Shown here: piece after piece, positions 1 through 17,139 of the stretch | How the letters are laid out: the number at the start of each line of letters is the position of its first letter | Position numbering within the stretch: position 1 is the first letter of the stretch | Origin: the human T2T-CHM13v2.0 reference genome, Homo sapiens | Length of the DNA stretch: 64,000 nt | Direction: 5' to 3' | Assembly: GCA_009914755.4 (NCBI GenBank) | Contig: CP068257.2 | Location: 17,984,001-18,048,000, forward strand | Program-made: the position numbers and the translations under genes | Notes under the pieces: generated by a model | The model's database searches: none | The model's input: only the letters and a program-made list of their open reading frames with translations | What the model was told of the DNA's origin: nothing

Positions 1-1779
1 CAAATAAGGCAAATGCCAAGTTGTAACCAATCCACCTGTTTCTGTACCTCATGTCTGTTTTCTCTACATTTCTTTCCTTTCTCTGTCCATAAATCTTATT
101 CCACTTTGTGGCTACACGGGAGTCTCTGAGCCTACTCTGGTTGAGAAGGCTGCCCCATTCACGAATCATTCAATGCTCAATTAAACTCCTTTACATTTAA
201 TTTGACTGAAGTTTTTCTTTTATCATCTTCTTTGAACCACTGAGGTTTTCTTCTAAAACATGATGATATACACAAAATTATCTTATTAATGATGTGCATG
301 TTTGAATTCAAACAACAAATGGTTTTCCCTATTTTGAGCATCTAGCTTTGTGGAAGATATATAGTCCCATTATATAATAGAGCTACCTTGTACCAGGACA
401 GAGAAATGTCTTTGAATAATATATCAAAGAGTGGGCTCTGCCTCATTGCCTAAGTAATCAATTTCACGGTAAGACTAGTCAGCTTTACAGATGAGTGTAA
501 TGCATGGGAAAGGTTCAGAAATATATTATTATATCTACTTGAGAAAAATACATCTTTGAGTACAGTACTTAAACTAAAAATTTTACAATGCATAATGGGA
601 AACAAAGTGCATTGGAGGCTAAGTGGAAAGAATTGATGTTCATCTTTAAGCATAGGGAAAAAAATTTTAAAGTCCTACCTGTTTGATACTTGAATTTTTC
701 CTTGAAACTTTCCTGAGATTTTAAATAGGCCCATAACATTCTGCTCTTAAAGATAGGAGAGAAAAAATTTTACTGTAATACTTACTCTATGAGGCACAAA
801 TTGAAAATATTTTGTAATATCGAAGATATAAACCTTTTGTATGTCATTAAAAATAAAAATAAGAATGCATGAAAAGAGTTGATAATTTTTATAGTATATG
901 AAAATACAATTTATAGCAATGAAACAAAGTTTTTCTAGCGACATTTCAGAAGATTATTTTAAATATATTCTGTTGATATTATTTATTACTATTATATTAA
1001 GAAAAAATGCTTTTACATTTAACAATACCAAAATGTGAAGTTTTATAAATACATATTTTTTAAAAAATACTAGTTTCTATATATTCACATAAAGGAAAAA
1101 CATACAGATTTTTAAAAATTCTGTGATTTTAAATTTTCAAAATGTTCATATTAGCAGAAACCTCCAATGCAATTATTATATATGTGCAAATTCTTATTTA
1201 TATAAACATATATTTACTTATCTGTGTTGAAAAATCTTTAAACATTTTAATCACTACTTTAAAAATAACACTCTTTTTTCTTGTATAGCTATTATAATAA
1301 AAAATTTTAACATATAATCAGTTTTCATTCTTGGATCACAGAATCAAGTATGATTCTTTTAATTGAGTGGTATATGGAAAACTTAGAGAAACAAACATCC
1401 TCATAAGCGAAGGTGGATTTTTATTTACAAATTCTGCATAAATCCATTGTCTTTTAGAACAATCTTCATGGGTCACAAACAAAAACATGTTCTCAAAACA
1501 TGAAGCATTACCACTTTAGCATTTCTCTTACAAATAGAGAGAAACTTATACCCAGCTCTTTTTATTTATTTATTTATTTTTGCATAGTTATTTCAAATAT
1601 TTTAAGTTTAGTCTTGCTTCTATTTAACCATGTATTTAAAATATGTATATGAATTTTTCTCTAAGATATCTACATGAATTTTTTTTTTTACTTAATAATA
1701 CAAAATTTCTCACCATCTCCCTTAATCACATTGAACTAATCAGAAACTAATTTAATAACAAATATGATGCCCTGTAGTA

Positions 1780-2154
1780 AAATTCTGTGTTTTAGACAGT
1801 TCAGGTTGCTATAACTGATATATAATGGGCTACATAGACTAGGTGGCTTAAAACACACATGCATTTCTCACAGTTCCAGAGGCTGGAAAGTCCCAGATTA
1901 AGGTGACAGCTGAACTGGTGTCTGTTGAGGGCCTGTTCCCTAATTTGCAGATGGCAGAGAAAATCTCACAGGGCAGAGAAGAGTCTCTTTTTATAAGGGT
2001 ACTAAATCCATTCTTGAGGACACAACAAGACCTAACTATCAGGCTCATGACCTAATTTCCTCCTAAAGGTCTCACCTCCAAATATCATCACATTGGTGAT
2101 TAGGCCTTCAATATATGACATTTGGGGGTGGACACAAACATTCAGTCCATAGCA
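1780..2154 (+). mobile_element. MLT1-like ERVL-MaLR solo LTR. Boundaries approximate.
   Basis: Contains MaLR LTR motifs in consensus order: ggcttaaaacacacat...cacagttccagaggctggaaagtcc...tttataagggtactaaatccattc...cctaatttcctcctaaaggtctcacctccaaatatcatcacattgg...atttgggggtggacacaaacattcagtccatagca. The last motif is the typical MLT1 3' terminus. Confidence 0.5.
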
Positions 2155-3929
2155 CTTCAAATAACAGAACAGATTAGAACGGCATCTTCGGATATCTTAT
2201 CATTCGTGATCTAACAGTGAATTTAGGGTATGAAACAGAAATATGGTTATTTCTCTGCCTTTCTCTGCCTTTTCTAAAAAAAAATAGACAATCCTGTCTT
2301 ACAGGTTTTTAGAAAGTGTTGAAAATAATTTTTTTTCACTCGTTCACACATTGTATAACTAAGAATGATTACAAATCTTCACCCAAGAATGAAGGAGTTC
2401 TATTTTTAAAGTAGGTTTAACTTTTTAAGAAGGAGTAACAGTTTGCTAAGTATCTCTTTAACAAATCTAATTAACCCCGCTTTCATCTAACTCATGTTTG
2501 GCGTTCCCTGAGTATTTTTGTTCTAAATCAACAAAATTATTAAATTATTTTGAATGTATAATTTGAATTCCAATATAATAAAAAAAAACATAACTGTGTT
2601 GTAAAATGCCCTGAGATGTTTGTGATGAGATAGGTGGCTGTAAGTGCTGTGATAGAATAAGTTAATTTTATTTTGCATAAATAAAAGTAAGTAACCTTAG
2701 GGGTTTTGAATAGCCATATTTAATGCTACATCTTGGGTAATACCCAGCTTTGCATGTATCTGCATATATCTATACATGTTGAAAACTCCATTTATTGAAA
2801 ATAATTGATCTTTAAGAAACTTTTGGATAACTATAGAAAATCAGTATTTTAACATATGTCAGCACACTTCAGGAGATACAATACTATTGTTTAAGGTTTT
2901 ATTGGCATTGTCATTAAATAAATGTAACATAATAAAGTGGTAAAAAGTTAAATGATATATTAAATACCATAAAGTGTTAGGGGAATTAGAGATCATTTAA
3001 CCATAAAAGAGCAAAGAAACTTTCATAGAAGGTGTATATATTGAATTTTACTTCCATAGACGGGTAGGATTTAGAATATTGAAGAGGAAGGCAAGGGACA
3101 TTCAAGATAATAGCATAATCTAACATAAACGAAAAAAGAATTTGATGTGTAAATAAAATGACATGACAAAAAAATTGGAAACCTCAATACCATCAAAACA
3201 AAGTGGATATGCCACATTGGATTATAGTAAGTTTTAGTAGAAAACAGTAAATTTTGTAATTATATGATTTCCCTCTCTTTTCTGGTGAGAGTTACTGCAT
3301 CATCTTTGCCTGAGACACACACAAAAATAAATGAGTCAGATATATTCAAAGGTTCTGTGACCTGGACAAAGTAATTTGCTTATAGAGAGAAAAGTGGACA
3401 CAAGATGTCAATCAGTGTCCATTAATAATTTTTAATGCTTGAAAAGAAACAACTGCTGAGATTTCTAGAGACAGAAATATTGTTCTGGACAGATGGAATT
3501 ACTATTTAGCTTGGCTTTGTCATCTTAACTTTAACACTGTACATAAATTCCTTTAAGCCCAGATTTCTGCATGAAAAAAACTAAAATAAAGTAAAATGTA
3601 ATCCAGAGATGGAGAAAAAGAAAGGCAGAAAAACGACATAATTTTAGTATCAAAATTTATCCTTGACTGACTTTTAATTAGGTAGGTCCCCAAATTTCCT
3701 TCTTGCTTACATTGTTTTTTTAACTACAATTTTAAAAATAAACAAGCTTTACATTTGGAAGGTTATAGATGTAGGCAAATATTTGGCAACAGTGGTGAAA
3801 TGTGTGTAATGTGCTTAATCAGTCAGTAATACTTACAAATCAGTATTTAGCATTTTTCAGTATTTCAACATAAACATTCAGGAATGTGCTTTATACTTAT
3901 ACTTCCCAGGCACCTAGCTGTGTATCTTC

Positions 3930-6539
<2,610 letters not shown>

Positions 6540-7060
6540 ACTTCCTAGTATATAGAAAGTGGTAAACCAATATTTGTGAAATAAATGAGGAATTCAATGG
6601 TCATTCTATTAAGAACAAATGAAATATATCTTAATTTCCTTGCTCAATGAAGTGTTTATATGTTTGTCTTCTTTCCTTATTTCTTCCACTTCTCTCTTGA
6701 TTGTTTTCATCCTAGTGTTGAAGTTTTAGACAATTTAGTACCATAATTTGAATGAAGAAATAATACTATAGATGCTATATATGACAAAGAAAATATTATC
6801 TTAGTGTGTATGTTGGATCAAAAAATTAGACCCAATAGAATAGAAAGACTATCCATTCTATAGAATATTGGTATGGAAAAAATTAAAAAATAAATTTGCT
6901 TATTTGTCTGGTAGATCTCCAAGTGCTTAATTATCAAACCAAAGAATAAATCTTTATTTTGCAGAAAACAGAAAGTAACTGGCAGGTTATGGAGCAGAAT
7001 AATGACATAATCAAAAAAATGCTTTTGGAAGATCAGTCTTAAAGCCTTTGTTAGAAAATG

Positions 7061-7140
7061 GAGAGAGAGAGAGAGAGAATATGTGTGCATGCGTGTGCAT
7101 GTGTGTTTGTGTGTGTGTGTGCGTGTGTGTGTGTGTGTGG
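7061..7140. repeat. Compound microsatellite (GA)n(GT)n
   Basis: gagagagagagagagagaatatgtgtgcatgcgtgtgcatgtgtgtttgtgtgtgtgtgtgcgtgtgtgtgtgtgtgtgg. Confidence 0.9.
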
Positions 7141-8492
7141 TGAGAAAGGTACTTTGTAGTTTCAGGAGTAGCCTAGACATATTGGTATAATTTCCCTGTT
7201 AGTTTAGGCTAAGTTCAAGGGCTGTACATTTATTTTTTTCTTTGAATTTCTTTGGTGCAATATCAAAGTGTGTAATCAGTAAAGGTGATGATTGGATTGG
7301 CCTATGAAAGGCACTTTAAAGGTCTGCATGTTAGAAGTCTGGTCAAGCTCAGCTGGAAACTCCACTAAGGAACTTTCACAATTCAAATCAATCATCTTTC
7401 AGACTCCTAATCTGATGTCATCTGCTCATTAGGGTTGTTGGCAGAATTCATGGCTTTATGGTTGGAGAATTGAGGTTTTTGTTTCTGTTCTGGTTGTCAG
7501 CCAGAGACAACTCTAGTGGTATAGGCCAACTGCATTTCTGATCAAATGGTCACCTCCATCTCTGGCCAGAAGCAGTGTGTTGAACTCCTCTTAATGCTTC
7601 AAATCTTTCTTACTTCCTCTGCTGCCAGCCTGAGAAGATGCTCTGCTTTGTAAGGGTACATGTGATTACATTAGATCAGCTAGGGCAATTTCCCTCTCTA
7701 AAGGTCAACAAGTTAACAATTTTAACTACATCTGCCAAATCCCCTTTTCTACATAATATAAATAATCACAGGGCAGAAGTTACACAGGCCATCTTAAGAT
7801 TCTGCCTGATGCAAGGAAAATGCTGTTCAGATTCATTTAATAGCAGAATTACAGTTTAACTTTTAAAATATTTTTAACAAAAACTCATATTTCCATTTCT
7901 TCCAAAGTTGTTTTCATTGATTATTTGTTCAATTCCAAGTTACATTTTCTTTATTTTTCTTAAGAATTGCATATATATTAAAAAGATTTCTATTCATTGG
8001 TTCTCATCTTTAAAAAAAAAAACACAGGCAAACTTGCTAAATGAAAACTCTCATCTTTATAAGCATAAATATATCCTTTCAATGATTGCTAGAAAACTAT
8101 CCAAGTGTAAAACCATCATGAATGAGCATAATTTGCTACTCCTTAAAAAGAATAGTTGAACTAGTTAAAAGTGACATTTAAAAAATACATAAAAAAATTT
8201 ATGAACCACTCTTTTATAATTCATTTGTTTATAAAATATGAATAATATATTGTTTTCAGTCCTCAGTTAAACCAGTATATTTGGTCATTTAAGAAACACA
8301 GTTCTTTAGTAAGACTGTAAATGGTATCTGCAGGTATAGACAGCTTCAAATATTGCAACTTAAACTGACCACAGCATTGTCTTTTAAGAATTACAAATAT
8401 TATTTTTTGGAATTAACACTTATCACCAAATTGATAAAGTTATTGTTTTTAACAAAATTAAAATTATCATTACTGACTCAAAAATGTATACA

Positions 8493-8493
8493 T

Positions 8494-8528
<35 letters not shown>

Positions 8529-8816
8529 TTTTGCAGACAGAGTTTTTCTTTTGTCACTCAGGCTGGAATGCAATAGTGCAATCTCGGCTCATTATAACCT
8601 CCGCCTCCTGGTTTCAAGCAATTCTCCTGCCTCAGCCTCCTGAATAGCTGGGATTACAGGCACCTGCCACCACACCCAGCTAATTTTTGTATTTTTATTA
8701 GAGATGTGGTTTCACCATGTTGGCCAGGCTGGTCATGAACTCCTGACCTCAGGTGATCTGCCCACCTCAGCCTCCCAAATTGTTAGGATTACAGGTGTGA
8801 ACCACTGCTCCTGGCC
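8493..8816 (-). mobile_element. Alu SINE (minus strand) with a (TTTA)n-modified tail
   Basis: A (ttta)9 tract is followed by the reverse-complement Alu body: gcagacagagtttttcttttgtcactcaggctggaatgcaatagtgcaatctcggctcattataacctccgcctcc...gattacaggtgtgaaccactgctcctggcc. Confidence 0.9.
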
Positions 8817-9229
8817 TACTTTTTAAACTCCTTCAGGGAAAGGGTTGATTCAAAGGTCTTATACTTGAAATAATATTTTAGCTATTATGGAAAATGAGTT
8901 AAATAGTGGATATATAATGTTGAAGACATAAAAACAAACAGTACAGCAAGGAGCAGAGAAAGACAGTACAATAGAAGGCTATGCCAGTCTTCACCACAAA
9001 GACACCAATTTAACAACTATTTACAAATTAAAGTACTGTCAAAAAAGCAAAAATCAGATGAGTACTCACCATACATGGTCTTAACTTCATATCCCTGAAA
9101 GAGGTACTGAAGAGGTAGGAAAAACAGCCTTGAATCAGAGACGCCCCTCTGCCATCCCATGGCAACAACAGTGTGGTGTGAAAAGCATTTCTGTACCCTA
9201 GTGTGACAGAGAGTGCAAAAACTGTGAGA

Positions 9230-12200
9230 CATTGAACCAGTGCTGTCCTGCTATAACAGAAAACAAAACTAGACAAACTCACCTGATGCCCACTCATGGA
9301 GGGAGCATTTAAATCAGCCCTAGCCAGAGGGGAATCACTGATACTACCAGATATTACAACTGACACCACAGAAATGCAAGAGATCATTCAAGAGTACTAT
9401 GAACACCTTTATGCATATAAACTAGAAAACCTAGAGGAGATGAATAAATTCCTGGAAATATACAACCCTCCTAGCTTAAATCAGGAATAATTAGGTACAC
9501 TGAATCGACCAATAACAAGCAGTAAGACTGAAACAGTAATGAAAAAACCACCAGTGGAAAAATAAAATCCAGGAACAAATGGATTCACAGCTGAATACTA
9601 TTAGATAGTCAAAGGAAGAATTGGTACCAAAGCTACTGGCACTATTCCACAAGATAGAGATGGAGGGAATCCTTTTTTAAAAAAATTCTATGAAACCAAT
9701 ATCACCCTATTACCAAAACCAGGAAAGGAAATAACAAAAAAAGGAAACTAAAGACCAGTATCTCTGATGGACACAGATGCAAAAATCCTTTAAAAAAATA
9801 CTAGCTAACCAAATGCAACAAGATATCAAAAAGACAATCCACCATGATCAAGTCAGTTTCATACCAGGGATGCAGGAATGGTTTAACATACACAAGTCAA
9901 TAAATATGATACACCGCATAAACAGAATTAAAAACAAAAATCACATGATCATCTCAATAGATGCAGAAACAGCATTTCGCAAAAATCTAGTGTTTATGAA
10001 TGATTAAAACCTTCAGCAAAATCGACATACCAGGAACATACCTCAATGTAATAAAAGCCATCTATGACAAATTCACAGCCAATGTAATACCTAACAGGGA
10101 AAACTTGAAAGCATTCCTTCTGCGAACTGGAACAAGACAAGTATGCCCACTCTCACCATTTCTATTCAACATAGTGTTGGAAGTCCTAGCCAAAGCAATC
10201 AGACAAGAGAAAGAAATAAAGGACATCCAAATTGGTAAACAGGAAGTAAAACTGTTACTTGTGCTGATGATAGGATTGTATGCCTAGAAAACGCTAAAGA
10301 CTCTTCCAAAAAGCTCCTAGAACTGATAAGTGAATTCAGCAAAGTTTAAGAATAAAAAGTTAATGTACAAAAATCAGTTGCTCTGCTATACACCAACAGC
10401 CACCAAGATGATAATCAAATCAATAATTCAACCCCTTTTATAAAAGCTGCAAAAAAAAAAAAAATAGGAATATACCTATCCAAGGAGGTAAAGGCCACTA
10501 CCAGGAAAACTATGAAACACTGCTGAAAGAAATCATAGTCGACACAAATGAAAACACATCTTATGCTCATGGATGGGTAGAAACAATACTGTGAAAATAA
10601 TCATACTGTGAAAAGAAGTCTACAAATTCAATGTCATTCCCATCAAAATACCACCATCATTCTTCACGGAACTAAAAAAAAAAATCCTAAAACTCATATA
10701 GGACCAAAAAAGAACCCACACATCCAAAGCAAAACTCACCAAAAAGAACAGATCTGGAGGCATCACATTACCTGATTTAAAACTATACTCTAAGGCCATA
10801 TTCACCAAATCAGCATGGTACTGGTTTAAAAATGGGCACATGGTCCAATGGAACAAGACAGAGAAACCAAAAATAAACCCAAATACTTACGTCATCTTAC
10901 CTATATACTTATATTATCTTCAACAAAGCAAATAAAAACATAAGGTGGGGAAAGGACACCCTATTCAACAAATGGTACTGGGATAATTAGCAAGTCACGT
11001 GCAGGACAATTAAACTGTATTTTCATCTCTCACCTTAAACAAAAATAGACTCAAGATGGATCAAGGACTTAAACCTAAGACCTGAAACTAAAAATTCTAG
11101 AGGATGGCAAAGGCTTTATGACCAAGAACCTGAAAGCAAATGCAACAAAATCAAAGATAAATAGGTGGGACTTAAAGAGCTTCTACACAACAAAAGAAAT
11201 AACCAGCAGAGTAAACAGACAACCCACAGAGTGGGAGAAAATATTCACAATCTACACATCCGATAAAGGACTAATATTCATAATCTGCAATGAACTCAAA
11301 CAAATTAGCAAGAATAAAAAACAATCCCATCAAAAAGTGGGCAAAGGACATGAATTGACAGTTCTCAAAACAAGATATACAAATGGCCAACAAACATGAA
11401 AAAATGCTCTACATTACTAATCATCAAGAAAATGTAAATCAAAACCATGATATGATACCACTTTACTCCTGCAAGAATGGCCATAATCAAAAAATCAAAA
11501 AATACCAGATGTTGGCATGGATGCAGTGAATAAGGAACACTTCTACACTGCTGGTGGGAATGTAAACTAGTACAACCACTATGGAAAACAGTGTGGAGAT
11601 CCCTTAAAGGACTAAAAGTAGAATTACCATTTGATCCATCAATGCCACTACTGGATATCTACCCAGAGAAAAAGAAGTCATTATAAGAAAAAGATACTGC
11701 ACAAGCATGTTTATAGTAGCACAATTCACAATTGCAAAAGTATGGAACCAGCCCAAATGCCCATCAATCAACGAGTGAATAAAGAAATTGTGAATATATA
11801 TATATATATATATGCACACACACACATATATACATATATATATGCACACATATATACATATATATATGTGTGTATATATATGATGGAATACCACTCAGCC
11901 ATAAACATGGAACAAATTAATGTCATTTGCAGCAGCCTGGGTGTAAATGGAGACTATTCTAGGTGAAGTAACTCAGGAATGGAAAACCAAATATTATATG
12001 TTCTCATTCATAAGTGGGAGCTAACCTATGAGAATGCAAAGGCATAAGAATGATACAACAGACCTTGGTGACTCAGGGGAAGGGGTACGAGGTGGGTGAG
12101 GGATAAAAGACTACAAATTGGGTTCGGTATATACTGCTCAGATTATGGGTACACCAAAATCTCGCAAATCACCACAAAAGAACTTACTCATGTAACCAGA

Positions 12201-12249
12201 TACCACCTGTTCCCCAAAAACCTATGGAAATAAAAAAATTAAAAAAAAA
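9230..12249 (+). mobile_element. 5'-truncated L1 LINE (ORF2 middle through 3'UTR and poly-A). Older primate L1PA/L1PB-like. The 5' boundary is uncertain and could be up to about 300 bp further upstream.
   Basis: Track ORFs 9296-9490 (…[46 protein letters not shown]), 9777-10007 ([58 protein letters not shown]) and 10000-10287 (…[74 protein letters not shown]) match L1 ORF2 protein (RT domain). The 3' end carries ...ggataaaagactacaaattgggttcggtatatactgctcagattatgggtacacc... and then an A-run at about 12232-12249. Confidence 0.8.
11794..11881. repeat. (TA)n/(CA)n microsatellite embedded in the L1 3' region
   Basis: atatatatatatatatatgcacacacacacatatatacatatatatatgcacacatatatacatatatatatgtgtgtatatata. 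Confidence 0.85.
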
Positions 12250-12344
12250 TTTCCTAGGGCAGAGTAATGGTTTTTACTTTGAAGTTCAGAAAATAAAATA
12301 CATTCCGTCCTGTGGAAAAAAAATACCTCACAAGCACAGGCAAG

Positions 12345-12955
12345 CAAAGCAAAAATGGATAAATGGGATTACAACAAGTTAAAAAACTTCTGCACATTGA
12401 AGGAAACAATCAGCAAAGCGAATAGACAACCCACAGAATTGAAAAAAAATTGCAAACTACTCTTCTGACAAGGGATTGATAATGAGAATATAAAAGGAGC
12501 TCAAACAACTCTATTGGAAAAAAACTTCGTAATCTGATTAAGAAGTGGGAAAAATTAAATAGACATTTCTCAAAAGAAGACAGAAATGGCAAATAGACAA
12601 AGAGGTGCTCAACATCAGTGATCACTGGATAAATGCAAATCAAAAATATAATAAGATATTATTTCACCCCATTTAATAATAGAAAGAATGAATAAGACAT
12701 AGTATTTGATAGCACAACAGGGTGATTATAGTCAACAATAATTTACTTGTACATTTTAAAATAATGAAAGGGGTATGATTTGTTTGTAAAACAAATGATA
12801 AATGCTTGAGGGGATGAATACCTGGTTCTCCCTGATGTGCGTGTTTCACATTACATGCCTGTGTCAAAAAATCTCATGTACCCCATAAATACACGTAGGA
12901 TGCACCCACTAACTTAAAAATATGTACTTTAAAAGTGAACAGTAATTATATTTTT
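12345..12955 (+). mobile_element. Ancient L1M-type LINE 3'-end fragment
   Basis: caaaaatggataaatgggattacaacaagttaaaaaacttctgcacattgaaggaaacaatcagcaaagcgaatagacaacccacagaattg...agacatttctcaaaagaagacagaaatggcaaatagacaaagaggtgctcaacatcagtgatcactggataaatgcaaatcaaaa...gtgattatagtcaacaataatttacttgtacattttaaaataa, which is typical of L1M/L1MB 3' ends. Confidence 0.65.
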
Positions 12956-15900
12956 TGTGTAGTACCAAGTATTTATAAGGGCCTCTGAGTATCTTTATGC
13001 CCTAGAAAAATGAAACAAAATGTGTAATAAATAAATTAACCAAAGTAGTTACAGAACATAAATGGCATCGTGAAATTCAACAGTTGTATAGTGATTACAG
13101 TTTTAGGTTCTCAAGTTCAGTAAGATTTCTATTGTTAGTAAAAATTAGAAGAGGGTGGTAACTATACAGACATAGCACTGATTAATCCTAAATTCATGCC
13201 TTTTAATTTTTAAATTCATATCCACAGGTTATATTTGTCAGAATTACCTTCTGTCCTCAATTTTTATTTGTTATTTATTTTGATTTTTAAATTGCAAAAC
13301 GTCTGAAGATATGGATTTACAAATGATGCCTGTTTCCAAGATTAATGGTAATATAACAGGTAAAAAAGGCTCAAAGATATTTAGAGTATTTATCAAAAAT
13401 ATAAAATATTATCACACTGGAGGTATTACAGTTTGGTCATTTACTTTAAGATGCAATCTGTTTGGTGTGTTTAAGTATATGAATAAATGCATGTTTACTT
13501 ATATGTTTATGTATACATAAACATGTAGTGATATATTTGCATACACATGTGTTTGTGTCTTTGTGTAAAAGGAATTATAGTTCTTTGAAAGACTTTAGAT
13601 AGTATTTATTTTCCAAATTCATAGTTTACATTGAATATAATTGAACATTGCACAGTATTCATTTCTGTGATAAATCAGTTCAACTGTAAAATTCTATGTA
13701 GGCTGCCTTATCAGTGAAAGCTTATATTCATCTAACAAACTAAGGAAAAGAAGAACATTCCTAATATTAATCTTACTCATATTCAACAATATATTGTATT
13801 CAAATTACTCTTGTTTTTAGTTAAAAATTTATTAATTTATTCAAATTTCCTACCAAAATTTATTCAAAATTCAAGATGGTGGGAAAACAATGACTTTAGT
13901 TCTATATGAAAGATTTGATAATTATTGACCTACTTGGACATTTGTATGTGAATTATCAGCCAATTAAGGGACACTCAAAAATTACTCTAATATTTAGATA
14001 GGAAGTGTTTGAGATATTAGGTTAATTCAGCTTATATAAACAATAAACCAAGATGTCAGTTTAAAGATAAAGCTACTACACTTTCTGAATTTTATACTTT
14101 GCCTGCCTTAAGTTAGCAATTTAATAAAATATTTGGAAAGATTTAGAGCTATTTTGGCATAACCTTAAAGAAATAATTTTGATGTTTGATAATATAGGGA
14201 GACACATTCATTAGTAATAAAGTGACAAGCTATACTATTGAATTATAGGACAGAATAACAGCAAATTATGACAAAAATTAAAATAAAGATGGCCCAAAAT
14301 TATCAATGGAAATATGCATTTATAAAACTTAAGAAGACCTGAAGAAATATGTTAAAGTGAAAAGTCTCAGCAAATATTACTGAAAATTAAAACTGAATGA
14401 TTAGAAAAAGCGTTGAAATATGTTTTTTATTTATTTACTTTGTTGTAAATATTTAATCATGGCAATCAGAAAATAATACCAACAACAACAGCCCCAAATG
14501 ATTTGATTATAGCAGTTTACAAATATCATTTTTAAGTAGTTACATACTTTAGTATTTCAAAAATTTAGATGTTCCAAATTTAATATACTTATAATTACGT
14601 GCTTAATTTCTTCAAATGTATGGATCATCTTTCTTCACTTTTTAATTCAGTGAAACAACCTTTGGGTCCGTAGTTTAAGCTACAACTGTTTCTGATCGTC
14701 CTTTTACCACAAAATCATTTTAAGATGATGACTGCACTGATAAGACCAACCAGTTTTTAGGTTGATTCCATTACCTGTACATATGCTCTGCATTTATCCT
14801 TAAAAAGATTTTCAAAGTTATTTGATCGCCAGTAAAATGGTACATCATAAAACACAAAAATAGCAATTAAGTAAAACCTATTTTATTGTTGTTTCTTGAG
14901 AAAGTGTAATGCATAGATGATTTTAGAGACTTGTGTTTTCCTTGGTGAATTTCAAACATAAAAATAGGATGTAATTTATATACTATGAAAACTTATTTCC
15001 ATTTATGAAGCAATACTTTGAAATGGTGAAATATTAAATGACAGTCCCTTTTGGTTCATGAAGGAGGTGGATGGCTCTGTTACATTACACTAACTTTGTA
15101 AATTAAGCATTATGATGCTCACTTTACCCCCTTTGCTTAATCTCCTTCTCTGTCAGCTGTGCGTTTTGCATTTGAGTAATAAAACTCACAGAATATTAGC
15201 TACTCAGAAGGTTTTATTTCATATCTGAGAGGCTCTCCAATTTTTAAAATCACAGAGATTTCCTATTTAAGGTCAGTTATTATATTATGTGTTACATCTC
15301 TTAAAAATTAAATATAGCCATCTTTATCTTTCTGCTTCACCTGAGGGGCTAGTGTGTCATTCTTATTACCCAACACATAAATGGCTCTTTAAAATGAACT
15401 GGATTTATTTGGCTTAAAAAAACTTTGATATTTAAATTAAACACAACCTTAATTAAATTTGTAGTTCAAGAGGAAAGGCAATGATGCTTCAGCTAGAGGG
15501 AAATAGCTGTAATTATACCCACTATCTCAGAGATGAGCTTATTACTTTTATATATTAATAAGAAATATATAAATATTCTGGCAACTGCTTTATAAGTTAT
15601 CTCTACATCTTCTATCAAGTATTTGTACTAATTTCTGGCATAAACACAAACTTACATTTGTAATTATGAAACTATTTTACTTTAGTATTTTTTTAACATT
15701 TTTGGTTGTTTTGAACTAGTTTTAATACATTATATATGTTAATTTATTACTAAAATTTAAGACATTTCATTCTCTGACACACGTTAATTTTTTTCAATAA
15801 ATTAAAACAAAATTTAAAAATAGTTTTATGTATACATATTTCCTGCCCATTGTGATTATGAATTTTGGGGAATATAAATTTTAACTTTATTTCCATTCTT

Positions 15901-16465
15901 TTATGAATGTGTGTCCATAGAGTTGTCACATAATCTCATTTTTTAACCTGTAACTGGGAATGATAAAGTACATATATAAGGTAGCTCAGAGCCTAGAACA
16001 TTGTAGCCGTCAAAATAGAAGTTATTATTTTAATTTTATGTAATATTTATTAATATTTATCTAATAATATTTTAATATTATTTTAATCAAAGAATAATTT
16101 ACATAAAAACTGCCTAAAGTCTCTTTGAAAATCCAGCTTCTTTTTAAATTTTGCCATACTCATTGACACATATTTCCAATGATAATTTCTACTTCAGCTC
16201 ACTAAAGTATAATGTGTTGAAAGTGAAAAAAATTAAAATCAGGAATTTATAATTATGGAATTTTAAAGTTGTTATATATCTTAAAGATAGCTTATCTAGC
16301 ACCTTCATCTTTGAGACAGAAGCTAGTTACCTAAAGTCTCCAACTAGTTATCAGCAGACTAGTGTTTAGAACAAAGCTATACTGGTGACATAAAGCAATT
16401 TTTCCCGAATGCCAAATCCCTCCATAATATATACTATCCTTAAACTTTCAATGATTTTCTTAATT

Positions 16466-16511
16466 TTATGTATTTATGTATGTATGTATATATGTATGTA
16501 TGTATGTATGT

Positions 16512-16540
<29 letters not shown>
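16466..16540. repeat. (TATG)n + (TTTA)n compound microsatellite, forming the tail of the adjacent Alu
   Basis: tatgtatttatgtatgtatgtatatatgtatgtatgtatgtatgtatttatttatttatttatttattttt. Confidence 0.9.
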
Positions 16541-16821
<281 letters not shown>

Positions 16822-17139
16822 TAAACTGATTTCCTTTAATTAGCAATGACATACATATTCATTTTTGATGAATACCTACAAATCGATGAAAAATTTTATT
16901 GAAAAAAAGAAATTCTTATTCTACTAATTTGGTCAAAAATGCATATATATTTCCATTGCACTTTTCCCAGTTCCTTTCTTTCTTCACTCTCTATTGATTA
17001 CAACTTAAAAGCAATTAAGTATATTTACTTACCAAAACTAGTGTGATCCTATTTATAGTTACTGGGAAATTACATCTGTCAAATCTGTCATAGGATTTCT
17101 ACATGAGAAAGAAGCTAATCTACATGATATGTTAATTAT

